Shown in pieces: positions 12,520 to 24,266 of a stretch of 64,000 nucleotides of DNA (the first letter of the stretch is position 1; every line of letters begins with the position of its first letter). The notes below the pieces were generated by a model. That model worked only from the letters and a program-made list of their open reading frames with translations, had not been told where the DNA came from and did no database searches. The stretch is from Oopsacas minuta (taxonomy: Eukaryota > Animalia > Porifera). The stretch lies in NCBI GenBank assembly GCA_024704765.1, contig JAKMXF010000352.1, positions 1 through 64,000 of the forward strand, read 5' to 3'. Made by a program: the position numbers and the translations under genes.

Positions 12520-13589
12520 GACCTTAACTGTTATGAAGGTTAGAACTTCGGGCACCACGAATATTTAGGGGTGCGAATTTATCAATAGTTTATTATCACC
12601 AATGGATGATTACCAAAGGAAACTGTTCTTTATCCGACACAATTTACCGTATTTATACTATCATCTGACTTTTACAAGTTTGGCGAATTTGTTCTTTCAA
12701 TTATTGCTGCAGTATCATGACCTAATTAATTTTTCACAGTCGAATAGCTCGCAAATGAGAACAGTTTCAAACACACTCATGATTGTTTGAATGTTATACA
12801 CTTATGGATCTACAAAATCGGCATAATATCCCGATTATGAGGATGATTATGCTAAAATAAACAATATTTGACTTCATTTTAGCAACCTGAAATTGAATAG
12901 GAGAACCACAATTGTACCGTTTGCTATTTATCTAATTCCAACACCAACTGAGAATATATGATTGTGTCAGTGCCACAGTGTAAATGGAGGATTGGAGTAA
13001 TCCTGCTCCCATCCCATTGTGAGTGTTTATTACCAACTTTTAATCAAATATTTGGTGAATATCGAATGCACTGTGCATATGAATCAGATATTATATATTT
13101 CATTTATCTTTTTACTTAACCTAAACTCATGTTGATTATCTAATCGTAGAACAGGTTTGGACTTAGAGATGCACCGGATATCCGGTATGCGGCCAATTTC
13201 ATGGATATGCTGGATAAGTTTTTCCGCCTTCTCGATTCCAAATTGCATTCTATATTTTGGAATGTATATATACAAATTGTTGAAAAATACGCCCAAATCC
13301 AGCTTAATTCGACAATTTTCAAGAACCTCCGTCATAGCTTTACAAACTCTTTACCACTCTTCCATCTAAAGATCTCCACCTGCAGGAATATGTTACATTT
13401 GTCAGTTATGCTCTTGCTGAACATAAAGGGTTTGACAAGTTCATCTGCTTTAAAGTTACTAAATTTCCAATTTTTTCTGTGTGTCTTTCACTCATGCTCC
13501 ATGGCGATATCAATATCGGCTCTACTCATTAACTTTCTATTTCCCGGGTCGATTAAGTTTGCACAATAGTTGTTATTATGTCCTATATA

Positions 13590-14870
13590 CACTGCCTGGC
13601 CAAAAGTATCTGAACATATTTCTACAAATCGAAGTGTTAGTTCAACAATTCGAATAATCATTAACATTCGAATATAAGTTCATATGTAGTATTAACGTTG
13701 ACAAATACATGTAAATAGCTAAAAATAGAAAGTATACAATATAGTTTCACAAAAATTCTGGTCTTTTAACTATACTATTATGTAATAAGTGATCTAACTT
13801 TATTCTACTGATATAGATCTTTAGTATTTTGTTTGTGCCCCGTTGGCCTTTTTCAATTCTGCCGCTTTTTGGCATAGATCTTTGTTGGGTTAGAGATTTT
13901 GGCAACGCATTTCGTGAATTTATTCTTCTTCCGATTCAGCCCCATAGGGACTCGATTCAATTCATATCTGGGCTCTGGGGGGGGCCATCTTAATAATGGG
14001 ATCTTTTTCGTAGTGAATCAATTTCTTGTCCTTTTGGACATGTGGGCTGGAGCGTTGTCTTGTTGAAATTGAAATGTCAACATCTTCCCACATTCTATAG
14101 AGGGTATATAGAAATTTTTATAAAATAGCCCAATTATTCGAGTTATAGAGACATGTGAAGTGACATTTTGTTCTACGAATATCAATGGACCCAATGTATT
14201 CCCAGAAAAACATTCCCATACTAACACAGAACCACCATTCCCTTGTAAAGTCCTTGTTACGTTGTTAGAGTTGAACATCTGATTACTTTCCCTCCATCCT
14301 CTAACTCTTCCATCTGAGTTGAAGAGTTTGAATCTTGATTCGTCAAACCATATAATGTCTGTCCAATCTCGCGAGGAAAAATTCTTACAATTTAGGTAAA
14401 ACACAACCTTTATTTGCGATTTTTCTCGCAACATGGGGTTTATTTGCTCTCATACAAGATTTAAGTCCATTTCCTTCAGAGTTCTCCTAAAAGTTCTCTT
14501 AGAAATATTGATACTAGATTCGTTCACTTGATTCAAAAGTAACTTCAGTGTTTTGAATCTGTTTTTCCTTACAATCCTTTTGAGCACACGTATGTTCCTT
14601 GGTGAGGTTTACGAGGTCTTCCAGATCTTGGAAGATTTTCTGTATTGCCAAACTTCTTCCACCGAGACACAATGGAATGTATCGAAGAGAGGGAAACGTT
14701 TAATGATGGAGAAATCTGCCTGTAAGTATGATTTCCTCCTCTGAATAGCCCGACTGCTTGGTTACGCAGATTTTGACTAATTTCTTTAATTTTCACCATA
14801 AGTTGCTAGTTGTAAATATATCTCAGAAATTAAATAATTGTATGAAATCTTATCTGAAGCAAAACAAAGA
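13590..14870 (-). mobile_element. Tc1-like (DD34E-type) transposon, decayed, one TIR recognisable
   Basis: TA-CACTGCCTGGCCAAAAGTATC left TIR; ORF pieces with paired-like HTH (RSGRPRK), WFDESRF, SVLVWECFS and FQQDNAPAH; right TIR not found. Confidence 0.85.
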
Positions 14871-14977
14871 AAATACTGATAACGCTATACTTCTGTTCAG
14901 CCATGGTTCACGAATCACGATAATAATAGACTATATCACTGGAATTTACAAGTATATACCTTGCCAATCTTGATTAA

Positions 14978-16155
14978 TGACTTGANAATTGAGTAACAAT
15001 ACTTTGTAAAATATTACTTGTGGAATCAATGTGTTGACAATTAATTTTGAGTGACAATACTTGGTATACTATACCTAGTGAATTATATGTGCTGACAATT
15101 GAAATTGAGTGACAATAATTTGTAAAGCATAACTTGTGAAAAAATGATGTTGACAATTGAAATTGAGTAACAATACTTTGTAAAATATTACTTGTGGAAT
15201 CAATGTGTTGACAATTAATTTTGAGTGACAATACTTGGTATACTATACCTAGTGAATTATATGTGCTGACAATTGAAATTGAGTGACAATACTTTGTAAA
15301 GTAGAACTTGAGAAATAATTGTGATGACAATTAAAATTGAGTGACAGAACTTTGTGTAGTATACCTAGTGAAATATATGTTCTGACAATAGAAATTGAGT
15401 GACAATACTTTGTATAGTATACATAGTGAATTATATGTGCTGACAATTGAAATTGAATGACAATACTTGGTATGGTTGACTTGGTCAATTAGATAGGTTA
15501 TAATGTGAAAATGAGTGACAATACTTTGTAAAGTATACCCTGTGAAATAATTATGTTGACAATTGAAATTGAGTGACTATAATTTGTATAGTATACCTAG
15601 TGAGTTATATGTGCTGATAATTGATATTGAGTGACAATAATTTGTATAGTATACCTATTGAAACATATGTGCTGACAATAGAAATTCAGTGACAATACTT
15701 TGTAAAGCATAATTTCTGAAATAATTATGTTGACAATTGAAATTGGTTGACAAAAAATGCTTGGTTTAGTATACCTAGCGAATTATATTTGCTGACAATT
15801 GAAATTGAGTAACAATACTTTGTAAAATATTACTTGTGGAATCAATGTGTTGACAATTGAAATTGAGTGACTATAATTTGTATTGTATACCTAGTGAGTT
15901 ATATGTGCTGATAATTGATATTGAGTGACAATAATTTGTATAGTATACCTATTGAAATATATGTGCTGACAATTGAAATTGAGTGACAATACTTTATATA
16001 GTATACATAGTGAAATATCTGTGCTGGCAATAGAAATTCAGTGACAATACTTTGTATAGTATAATTTCTGAAATAATTATGTTGACAATTGAAATTGAGT
16101 GACATATTTGGTATAGTATACTTAGCGAATTATATGTGTTGAAAATAGAAATTTC
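14978..16155. repeat. 58-bp satellite array, ~20 monomers, partial 174-bp higher-order repeat
   Basis: TGACAATT anchor recurs at 15093, 15151 and 15209; consensus ~TGACAATTGAAATTGAGTGACAATACTTTGTATAGTATACCTAGTGAATTATATGTGC; ORF 14974-15330 repeats every 58 aa (174 nt). Confidence 0.95.
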
Positions 16156-17004
16156 TAGAGAACATCCAGACTAATCTATCGTGCTGTTATAACTTGTGTA
16201 CAGCGGTAACTTAATTCATTGTAGCAAAATGGAAGAACTGTATAAAGAAACGTATGAATACATCTTAGTTCAGTTTCCATGGGCGAAAATCACCCCTTCT
16301 TTACACAAGCTACTTTCCCATTCTTTCAAGATTATTGGAGATTATAATAATGGCGGGGGGTTACAGAATCTATCAGAGGAATGTTTAGAAGCTTGTAATA
16401 AGTTTGTGAGGCGGTATCGGGAAAATCTTGCCAGAAAAACATCATTCTCTGACAATGTACGAGATATTCTAGTTTGCCTTCTGGGTTGTAGTGATCCCCT
16501 ATTAGTGCAGAATAATTTTACATCCACCAAAATGAGGAATTCTAGTGCAAATGATCCAAATAGCCTCCAAGATATCTTATATAATAGCATAGTGTTGGAG
16601 AATGATAATTAATTAAAGAATATTAGAGATTGAGTTTACATATTTAGTAACAGTTTTCCATAAGGTATAATCCCCTCAAATATGTATCAAAGGGAAAAGC
16701 TACACCCTTGGTTCATTATTATATAATTGCCAGTTATATACATGCTATAATCCTTCTAGTAGGAAACTTGACTTTATACCATTAATTCAATAATAGAAAT
16801 AACAAATATTATTATCGAACCATGAATGTTAAAAATAATGAAATCACCAAAATGAAGTTATATTCCCAATAGTGGTAATACTACGCAAAATTTAAATGAA
16901 GTTTTTGAAATTTACAGTGTCGATCTACTATATAGACCACATAAAACATGCCTAGTTGTAATGAATACCCTAATACGCCAGTATGGCCACTTTGGTACAC
17001 TGTG
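16156..17004 (+). mobile_element. 3' fragment of a RAG1-like/Transib transposon (family 2) with terminal heptamer
   Basis: ORF 16196-16612 WAKITPSLHKLLSH..QNLSEECLEACNKFVRRYRENLARK..SDPLL (RAG1/Transib Zn-His pair and catalytic E); ends in CACTGTG at 16998-17004; 5' part replaced by the satellite. Confidence 0.88.
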
Positions 17005-17230
17005 GGACAGATGTATATTTTTTGCGTGAGAATATTTACCCAAATTTGACAAAGCAGGTAGCAAAATATTTTAACTCTTTGGAAACACATTTTTATGTGA
17101 GCAGATGTTCTCCCGCATGAAGCATACGAATCTACAATTAGATTAACCATCACACATTCACATTTGGTCCAGTGTCTTCGTCTATGAACGAATGATATAT
17201 AAGCAGATATTGATTCATTTGTTAAATCCA
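17005..17230 (+). pseudogene. hAT (GTF2IRD2/Spin-like) dimerisation-domain remnant
   Basis: Frameshifted translation FGNTFLCEQMFSRMKH..RLT..HLVQCLRL..DIDSFV resembles the hAT C-terminal motif FGSTYLCEQLFSRMK. Confidence 0.65.
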
Positions 17231-19314
17231 ATAATCTTACTCTCATAGCTAAATTTCGTCGTTTGGGTACATTTTTCTGCAATGTTGTTTTACTATAAAC
17301 AGTACATAGTATATCCAATAATATTGGTTTAAACTATTGTCCACTTGCTAGAAAACAAAAGTTCAAAAGAGATATCAAATCATTCGAATCCAATTATAGA
17401 TGACAATCTAAGTCAATAACTTAAATTTACAAGTAGAATCCATTGTCAATACAATATGAAGTCAAATAGCATAGATTGAGATGAGTCATGCATGGTCACT
17501 AAAGAATTGTATTATGGCAATTTTTGATATTCTTTATGAGAACATCCTTGGATCAACTGGTATTATTTCTAGATTCGACTAAGCGAAATTTATTGATCAT
17601 TTGACAGAGCTTGAAAAATGGCCATTTTTCACGACACAATCCAGTTTGGAAGTATTTATGACCATCTAAAGATTTATGAACTTTTCCTGTAACGCGTGAA
17701 TTCTTCTTCTTTATACTCCATTCTTTTCTAATTCCTTAAGGCCAATTCTCCAATTTATATTTGGTAGGCAATAATATTATTCATGAGAATACAAAATGGG
17801 GACGCTGCATTAATTCGAATTTAGATGTTGTCATTAGTTCGAATTTGTTCAACTGTCATTAGTTCGAATCGATTTACAGAGTACTGTTGCGTAGGATTTT
17901 GACCCGCAATACAAAATCCTAATAGCATATGCATAGTGCGGGTCAAAATCCTACGATGTAATATATGCGTAGGATTTTGACCCGCATCAAAATGTACTAC
18001 ACTAATTACAGCCGTAAGATTTTGACCCGCATATAATATATTATTGTCGTAGGATTCTGACCCGCATATAATATAATATTGTCGTAGGATCTTGACCCGC
18101 ATATAATGTATTATTGTCGTAGGATTTTTACCCTAAAGTAATCTAACTTCTCTGTCATTTGACTTTTTCGATTTCCATACACTTTCATTACGTAATTACC
18201 ACTAAATGTACATAATGTAATTCAACTTTAGACTTGCCATACGTATACGTAACTGAATAAACAAGTCAATTTAGAGTTGGATTCTAGAAAGTAGTGAATT
18301 TGTTTGATAACATGTAAACTATGTTCCCTCTACGTATCACAAATTTACAATATGTATAATTATCCAAAATGCCAAAAATGCACAGTGTATATAAATATTT
18401 TATAATTATATTACTTGGACAGAAGGTGGTAGGTATTTGATAATTGTATTTAATAACTCATAATAAATAATATAATTTAACATGTCAATCTATATATTGC
18501 AATATATTCTATCAAATAACAAAAATTTTACAAGCATTAGCATGATAATGAATATTCGGAATATCTTAAGTACGAATTGTAGGCGAGTTCATCTTTGCCC
18601 ATTTCTCTATACTTCCTAACAAGCTTTAAGGAATATACCACTGAAATATGTTCATCTATTGGACAAGCGTAGACTATGCATTTGTTACAGGAGTCTTGGT
18701 ATAATGTTGATACATATATAGAGTTGAGGTGAAAACCGCGAGCCTCTGGCACGCTGCATACTCCTGGAAAATACTAGATTTCTATAAACAAAACAAGTCA
18801 GCTGCGGTGGCCTCCTCCTTCCCCCTACAGCCACCCCCTAACGCTAAACGTTTAACGTTGACCTCACTTGTTTATGTGTGCAGTGTTGGAGCGAGTTTAA
18901 TGTGATTGCGATCACACCAAATTTGACTCTAAGCTGCAACATAAACGAATACGTACAATCAATCGTAATTTAACAGACACACGAGGAACTAACGGATCCC
19001 GAACGGCCACAGACAAGGAGACATTAAAAAATAAAAAATAGATAAGAAACTCGCTTGTATCTGATTCCGTCCTGTATTTCGTCTCGGCGTAGACTCGTCA
19101 GTTGCGCTGCCTTTCTCGCAATATATTTAGATGGTAGAGTGATGATATTCGCCACTGGGGATGTGCTGTTGCAGGTCGCGTTTCCATTTTCTGGGCTCAC
19201 CATGATAGGGATTGCGTTGCCTGAATAACTTCGGGCAGAGGTCCCCACAAGGTTCGATGTACCTTGCCTTTGAGCGCTTTCGAATGATGGAAAAGAGTCG
19301 TGAATCGCTAAGAA

Positions 19315-22300
19315 TTAGTCAGAAGAGTGCAAGAGGTAGAATACAGTATTGAGTGATCCGATGAAAGTGTCACAGTCCCAAAGTTGGATAATTGGTTCTC
19401 TCATTCCGTCATATTTATAGAATTGCCCGTTTTGGTGAAGGATTGAATAGAAGTGTCTATTACTCAATATACTAAAGCCAGCAAGTTGGTAGTGAAGTGT
19501 CCGTTGGTTGTGACTGATGGTAAAGTGTTTGTCAATATCACTTGCAAAAATGTCTGGCAATTCGGGTAGATGTCCGATTTCAATTGTTAGCATGACAGGT
19601 ATTGACTTGAATTGACCAGATATCCTCTCTAAGACAGCAGTAGTTGATCCACAAGACTTGCATTTAATAGGAACGAGACTTCGATTAACAGATGATTCCA
19701 GGTTTGTAATAACGCCTCCTATATTACTAATCATGGATTGTGTCTCAAAGATATTGGTGCATTGGTGGCATTGGAAAATAGTGAAATATTTGTCGTTGCA
19801 CAAATCTTCTGTTCATAAATATTTGATGATGTTACCCTCTGATCCAAAGAAATCGTAAGACCGCATCAATCCTGAGGAATCATAAATAACTTCAAGCCCA
19901 ATTTTAGTAGCAACATATTCTCGAAGTTTCTCAAATTCACAAATAGCAGCCAATTGGAATATGTAGTGGAATTTAGCTTCAATATGTGTACTTCCGATTA
20001 ACTTCAGTGAGTCTATGATGGTTGCTTTATTCGAACTAAGAATAGCCAATATATTATCGATAGAACAGGTGTTAGATTGCACGATGTTGTTATACTCTCC
20101 TCCCATTTAGGATATGGGATAAGATCTGATGCATTTTGTATAGATTGTTCTGGTATTTCAATGATCTCATGAACTTGCTCAGTTGGGAATATTAACTCAA
20201 TTATTACTGGTAATAGAACAGCAATTGGATAGTCAAGATCTCTTCGTGTCTCTTCAGGTATTTCAGTAGGATAGGAGGAACGATATTCTGCGTACCAATT
20301 ACCGGCTGATACAGCAAGTTTCTCCTTAATCTCAAAATTTAGTTCGTTGGGTGGATGGTAAGAATATAGTAAATTCAATGAAGTTAGAGATGCAGCTTTT
20401 GTAGCGAGTTTCTCATGTGGTTGGGTTAAGTATGTGTTATTGACAAGGGCTGGTAGTATTCGAGGTTTCAATTGAAGTAGCTCAGAGTCGATATTATCAT
20501 AGGTTGAGTGTTGTTGCGGTGTTTCAAATGTTTCTTCCATGGTATCCAGGTTCAATATATCATCCAAAGAATCTAAATACAAATAAATATGTGAAATGTA
20601 GGATTGCTATTACTTATTAATCGAATCAATACAGAACACAACTAGTTTATATGTACTTAATCATGGGCTGAGTCAATTAGTTATAGTTCAGTACAATATT
20701 GTCTCGCTAATGTATTTACCGCTAGAAGGGAATTTGCAAGATCTTTTGGGCTTCTTTGATTTGCCTGTCTTCGTTCGAACCTGCCGTTTTTCGTTCATGC
20801 GAGAATGATATTTTCATGATAGATGGATAGGTAATTTGGTTGTTTTGCTATCTGGGTCTTTGCGAGCAACTAGGTGGCTTGGTTTAACTTTCTCTATCGT
20901 ATATGGTCCCAAATATTTCTTTGCATCTTTTGTTCCTGGGAGTCGCTTGGCTTTCTTTATATTATGTACAAGTACCTCATCTCCTTCCACAAATTCTGAT
21001 CTAAAGTTTACACAATGATTATACAAAGAATATAATGTGCCAATTACGTACAGTTTGTAATGATGCTAATTATATAACTAAAAGTAAGTGTTTTGGAATT
21101 TAAGAATTCATATAATTGAGGAAACAATAAATTAGTTCCGATTCAAGACTATTTCATATTTACCTGATTATACAACAGTCAGTGAATTTAATTTAATTTT
21201 AGTAAGAGATGATGTATGAAATTCCAACATGTTACATCACACAAGAATGTGTTTCGTTATTTCTTACCTGTTGTGTTTAACTTTGCTGTCATATGTTTTC
21301 TTTTGAACTTTCTGACCTGCCTTGATGTTTTCAATAGCATTCATTCTGTCAGCTTTACGTGTGGAAGAAAGATTTTCTATCCATTCGTTATCAATTATAG
21401 GAAAGTCAAATGGCGTGGTTCGTTTGCATCCATTTGAATATTCTCATCTTCTGATACTTCTGCCTCTGAGATATCAGCTTCGGTTAGTAATCCGGGGTTA
21501 GTTGGAGAAGTGATAAGATTGAGAAGGTTAGATGAATCAAAGTCTCTCCCAAACATGAGATAAAAGGGTGTGTAGCTTGTAGAGATTTAGTTTGAGTATT
21601 TGCTGCTAGTACTGCTGTCTGTAATTTCTCTGTCCATTCAGTGTCCCCATCAGATTGCATCTTGTTGATTTTTCTATTTGTAAAAGTGTTAAATTAATTC
21701 AAAGCTATCTAATTATTAACGACGTGTATTAAACGTATGTAAGGCTTTGAATAGATATATATTTATATTTAGCATCAATACTCACGTTTTCAATATTTTG
21801 TTGTGTGACTCAACAAGTCCGTTACTTTGTGGGCGGTATGCTGTGGTTCTTCTGGTGTTGACATTTATCTTTTTGTGAAATTCTTGAAATTCCTATTTTG
21901 AAAGTAAATAAGAGAACGATAACAATCTACTAAGCGCATGTATTTAGTCTTGTACAACAATAGTTAGAAAGATATAACGATTAATAAGGTAAATTTTCCA
22001 TCCGAAGGTAGTAGGCATTAATTCAGAAATTCTTATTTATTAGTATTTAACATAAATTAAAATTCAATTTTCCACACGGTTCTTAAATATAGCCATCAGG
22101 GTGCACAATTTCCTACCAGGGTATATATTGAAGCAATGCACTGACAATTGACAATGCAACATGTTACGTACGTATATCCAATATAGTAAGTTTTATTGTG
22201 TGTATCAGCAATAATTTACTTGGTGTATTTACAATTACTAATCTCGAGTATGTAAAAATATGAGTTACCTTGCTTGAGAATTCTGTTCCCTGATCATGTT

Positions 22301-23624
22301 GGAGGATGTTAGGTACACCGAATGAGAGATAAATTTCCTGTAAACAATCCAATATTTCTTTAGAAGTTTTAGTCTTGAGTGGTCGGGCAATTACAAATTT
22401 ACTCAGGTAGCACACGATGACAAGTATGTGTTGAAATCCAAGTACAGTGCGGGACATATTGCATATGAGATCAATTCCACAATGACACCATGGTTCTTCA
22501 GGAGGAGGAATAGGTTGAAGCTCTCGTTGTGGCTGAGGAGGTAGAGTAGCAGAGGTTTGACAGTCATGGCAAGTTCGGATCTAGAACGGGAAATGATTTA
22601 ATTGTCAGTTTGTAGTCCAGTCTAATGTAATTTGCTACGTTCCAGATGTCCCGCTAAATTAGCATTCCGTCCCGCTTTTTCTTCACTCAGGTTGGCAAAT
22701 ATGTTTATGTGAAATACTCCCACTACCTATCCCAATTACTAACTACCGCAAGGGTCATTAGTTGTTAGATACATGGTTGGTCGGTTGTACCGCACAAATA
22801 GATTTCCATATGATAAAATTGTATACCGGTATACTAAATATCATCAGATCGCACAATATTAATTTTACAATAGCACAAACAAAGCTGTATACAGTAGAAT
22901 AATTACAAGGTGAATAACCTCAAACTATAAAATACATGCTGTTCTCAGACTTAACAACCCCTTTTGCAAATTTCCCTGGATTTTCAAAATTTGTAATCCA
23001 GGGATTCCTGGAGGGTTGGTAAGTCTGGTGTTCTCAGCCACATTTTCTTGGAAAATCATGTATGAAAGAAATACGTAATTTAGTAACTCACATAGGATCC
23101 AACATCATTGTATATACCATTCCAATCATATTTGTTTCGGATTCCATCAATGGTAGTATTGATTCCAGGATGAGTAACATTGTGATAGAATCCGATAATG
23201 TTGTCAATTTCTGAGACTAGTGGAATCTCCAAATATTTCACACAGCCATTTTTCTTTCTGAAAATCTACAAGAAAATTATTTTAGTTAAACTCAGAGGTT
23301 GTAGGTAGCATTGAGGGGCAGAGGAGCCCCCTAGCGTTTTCGCCCTTCTCATCTCCCTATGGTACGCAAATTTAATGAGGCAACTATATATCTGCCTCCT
23401 CGCAGATATGTAGTTGCCTCAAGATTTCTAATTATGTCCTGGAAATAAGTATAAATCAAAAATATCATTCAGGAATATATCTTCATTAGCTTATTCTCTT
23501 GAAAGTAAATCCCCTTGCACTTTCTGACAAAATTCTTCTTTCTGTAGCGATCACTCTTGATTTCTGGTGGGATAATATTCGTCTGGAGGTATCCACGAAT
23601 TGCTTCATACTCTGTCGCATCCAT
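19315..23624 (-). pseudogene. Ginger1 transposase-USP-like protease fusion, 7 exons, disabled
   Basis: Exons 23624-23481, 23265-23092, 22580-22269, 21892-21786, 21673-21268, 21000-20720 and 20572-19315 join with consistent phases. They give H-x3-H..C-x2-C, GIDL, HDQG, GLVE, GPY and a C-terminal NTC..H..D domain. Donor 1 reads AT; there are frameshifts (exon 5, ~20106) and stops (20814, 19813). Confidence 0.85.
22946..23027. mobile_element. 82-bp MITE in Ginger intron 2
   Basis: TIR CAGACTTA(A/C)CAACCC; flanks GCTGTTCT / GTGTTCT(C), a decayed TSD. Confidence 0.6.
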
Positions 23625-24266
23625 AATGAAAAATGTCAAAAGTAAATATAAGTGTTGATGTTGAAATCTAGAAACAAAGTAAAATGTTAGTGTGTGCATT
23701 TAGGAAGTCACACATGTATAAATACGAATACTATGTGACTAGGGATGAAATGTTGATATTCCTTGATTTGCAATTGCTACTTGCGAGTCAAAATCCTACG
23801 CAACAGTACTGTCATATGTCCGCATTGTTATTTCAGAGCACTGTCATTAGTTCGAATTTATTACTAATTGAAAATTGAAGCATAAAATTACGTATTATTT
23901 ATTGCCACCCACTCTAAGACTGTCTCTGTTTTGGATGCGACAACAATATTATGTTTCCTTTAGGTGTTACATACTGATTAGTTTCATAAACTATGAAACT
24001 TGCTTTATATTTTTCATTCCTATTGTGTGAAAATACCTTTAATGAACTTAAGTAATCCATGGTCAATGAAATTATGGTCAGTGGTTTGGCCTACATATCG
24101 AAGGTCACGGTATACCTAATTTGCTTGCGCCTAGAGGAATTTCCAGGAAATAGGTTTGTAGCTTGAAATTTATGCTCTTCGAAAACATTTTAGGTATACT
24201 TTTGATGGCTGAATTTTATCAATTTATGATATAAATATCTTGCTTACTTTAATTGATTAGATTCTC

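Larger units (their letters stand above)
17885..23805 (-). mobile_element. Complete Ginger1 DNA transposon (5921 bp) with an intron-containing gypsy-like integrase
   Basis: 25-bp TIR TGTTGCGTAGGATTTTGAC(C/T)CGCAA; TGT..ACA termini; perfect 4-bp TSD GTAC (17881-84, 23806-09); internal integrase exons. Confidence 0.93.

Noticed and set aside
14978-16155. CRISPR-like look (conserved half plus variable half)
   Set aside because: The variable halves are homologous to one another and recur, the period is a fixed 58 bp, no cas genes are present and the context is eukaryotic: a satellite.
12974-17004. 12974 CACAGTGTA as the 5' end of the family-2 RAG1-like element
   Set aside because: Similarity stops after 9 bp, the flanks (AGTGC/GGACA) differ and the intervening sequence has no RAG1-like N-terminus.
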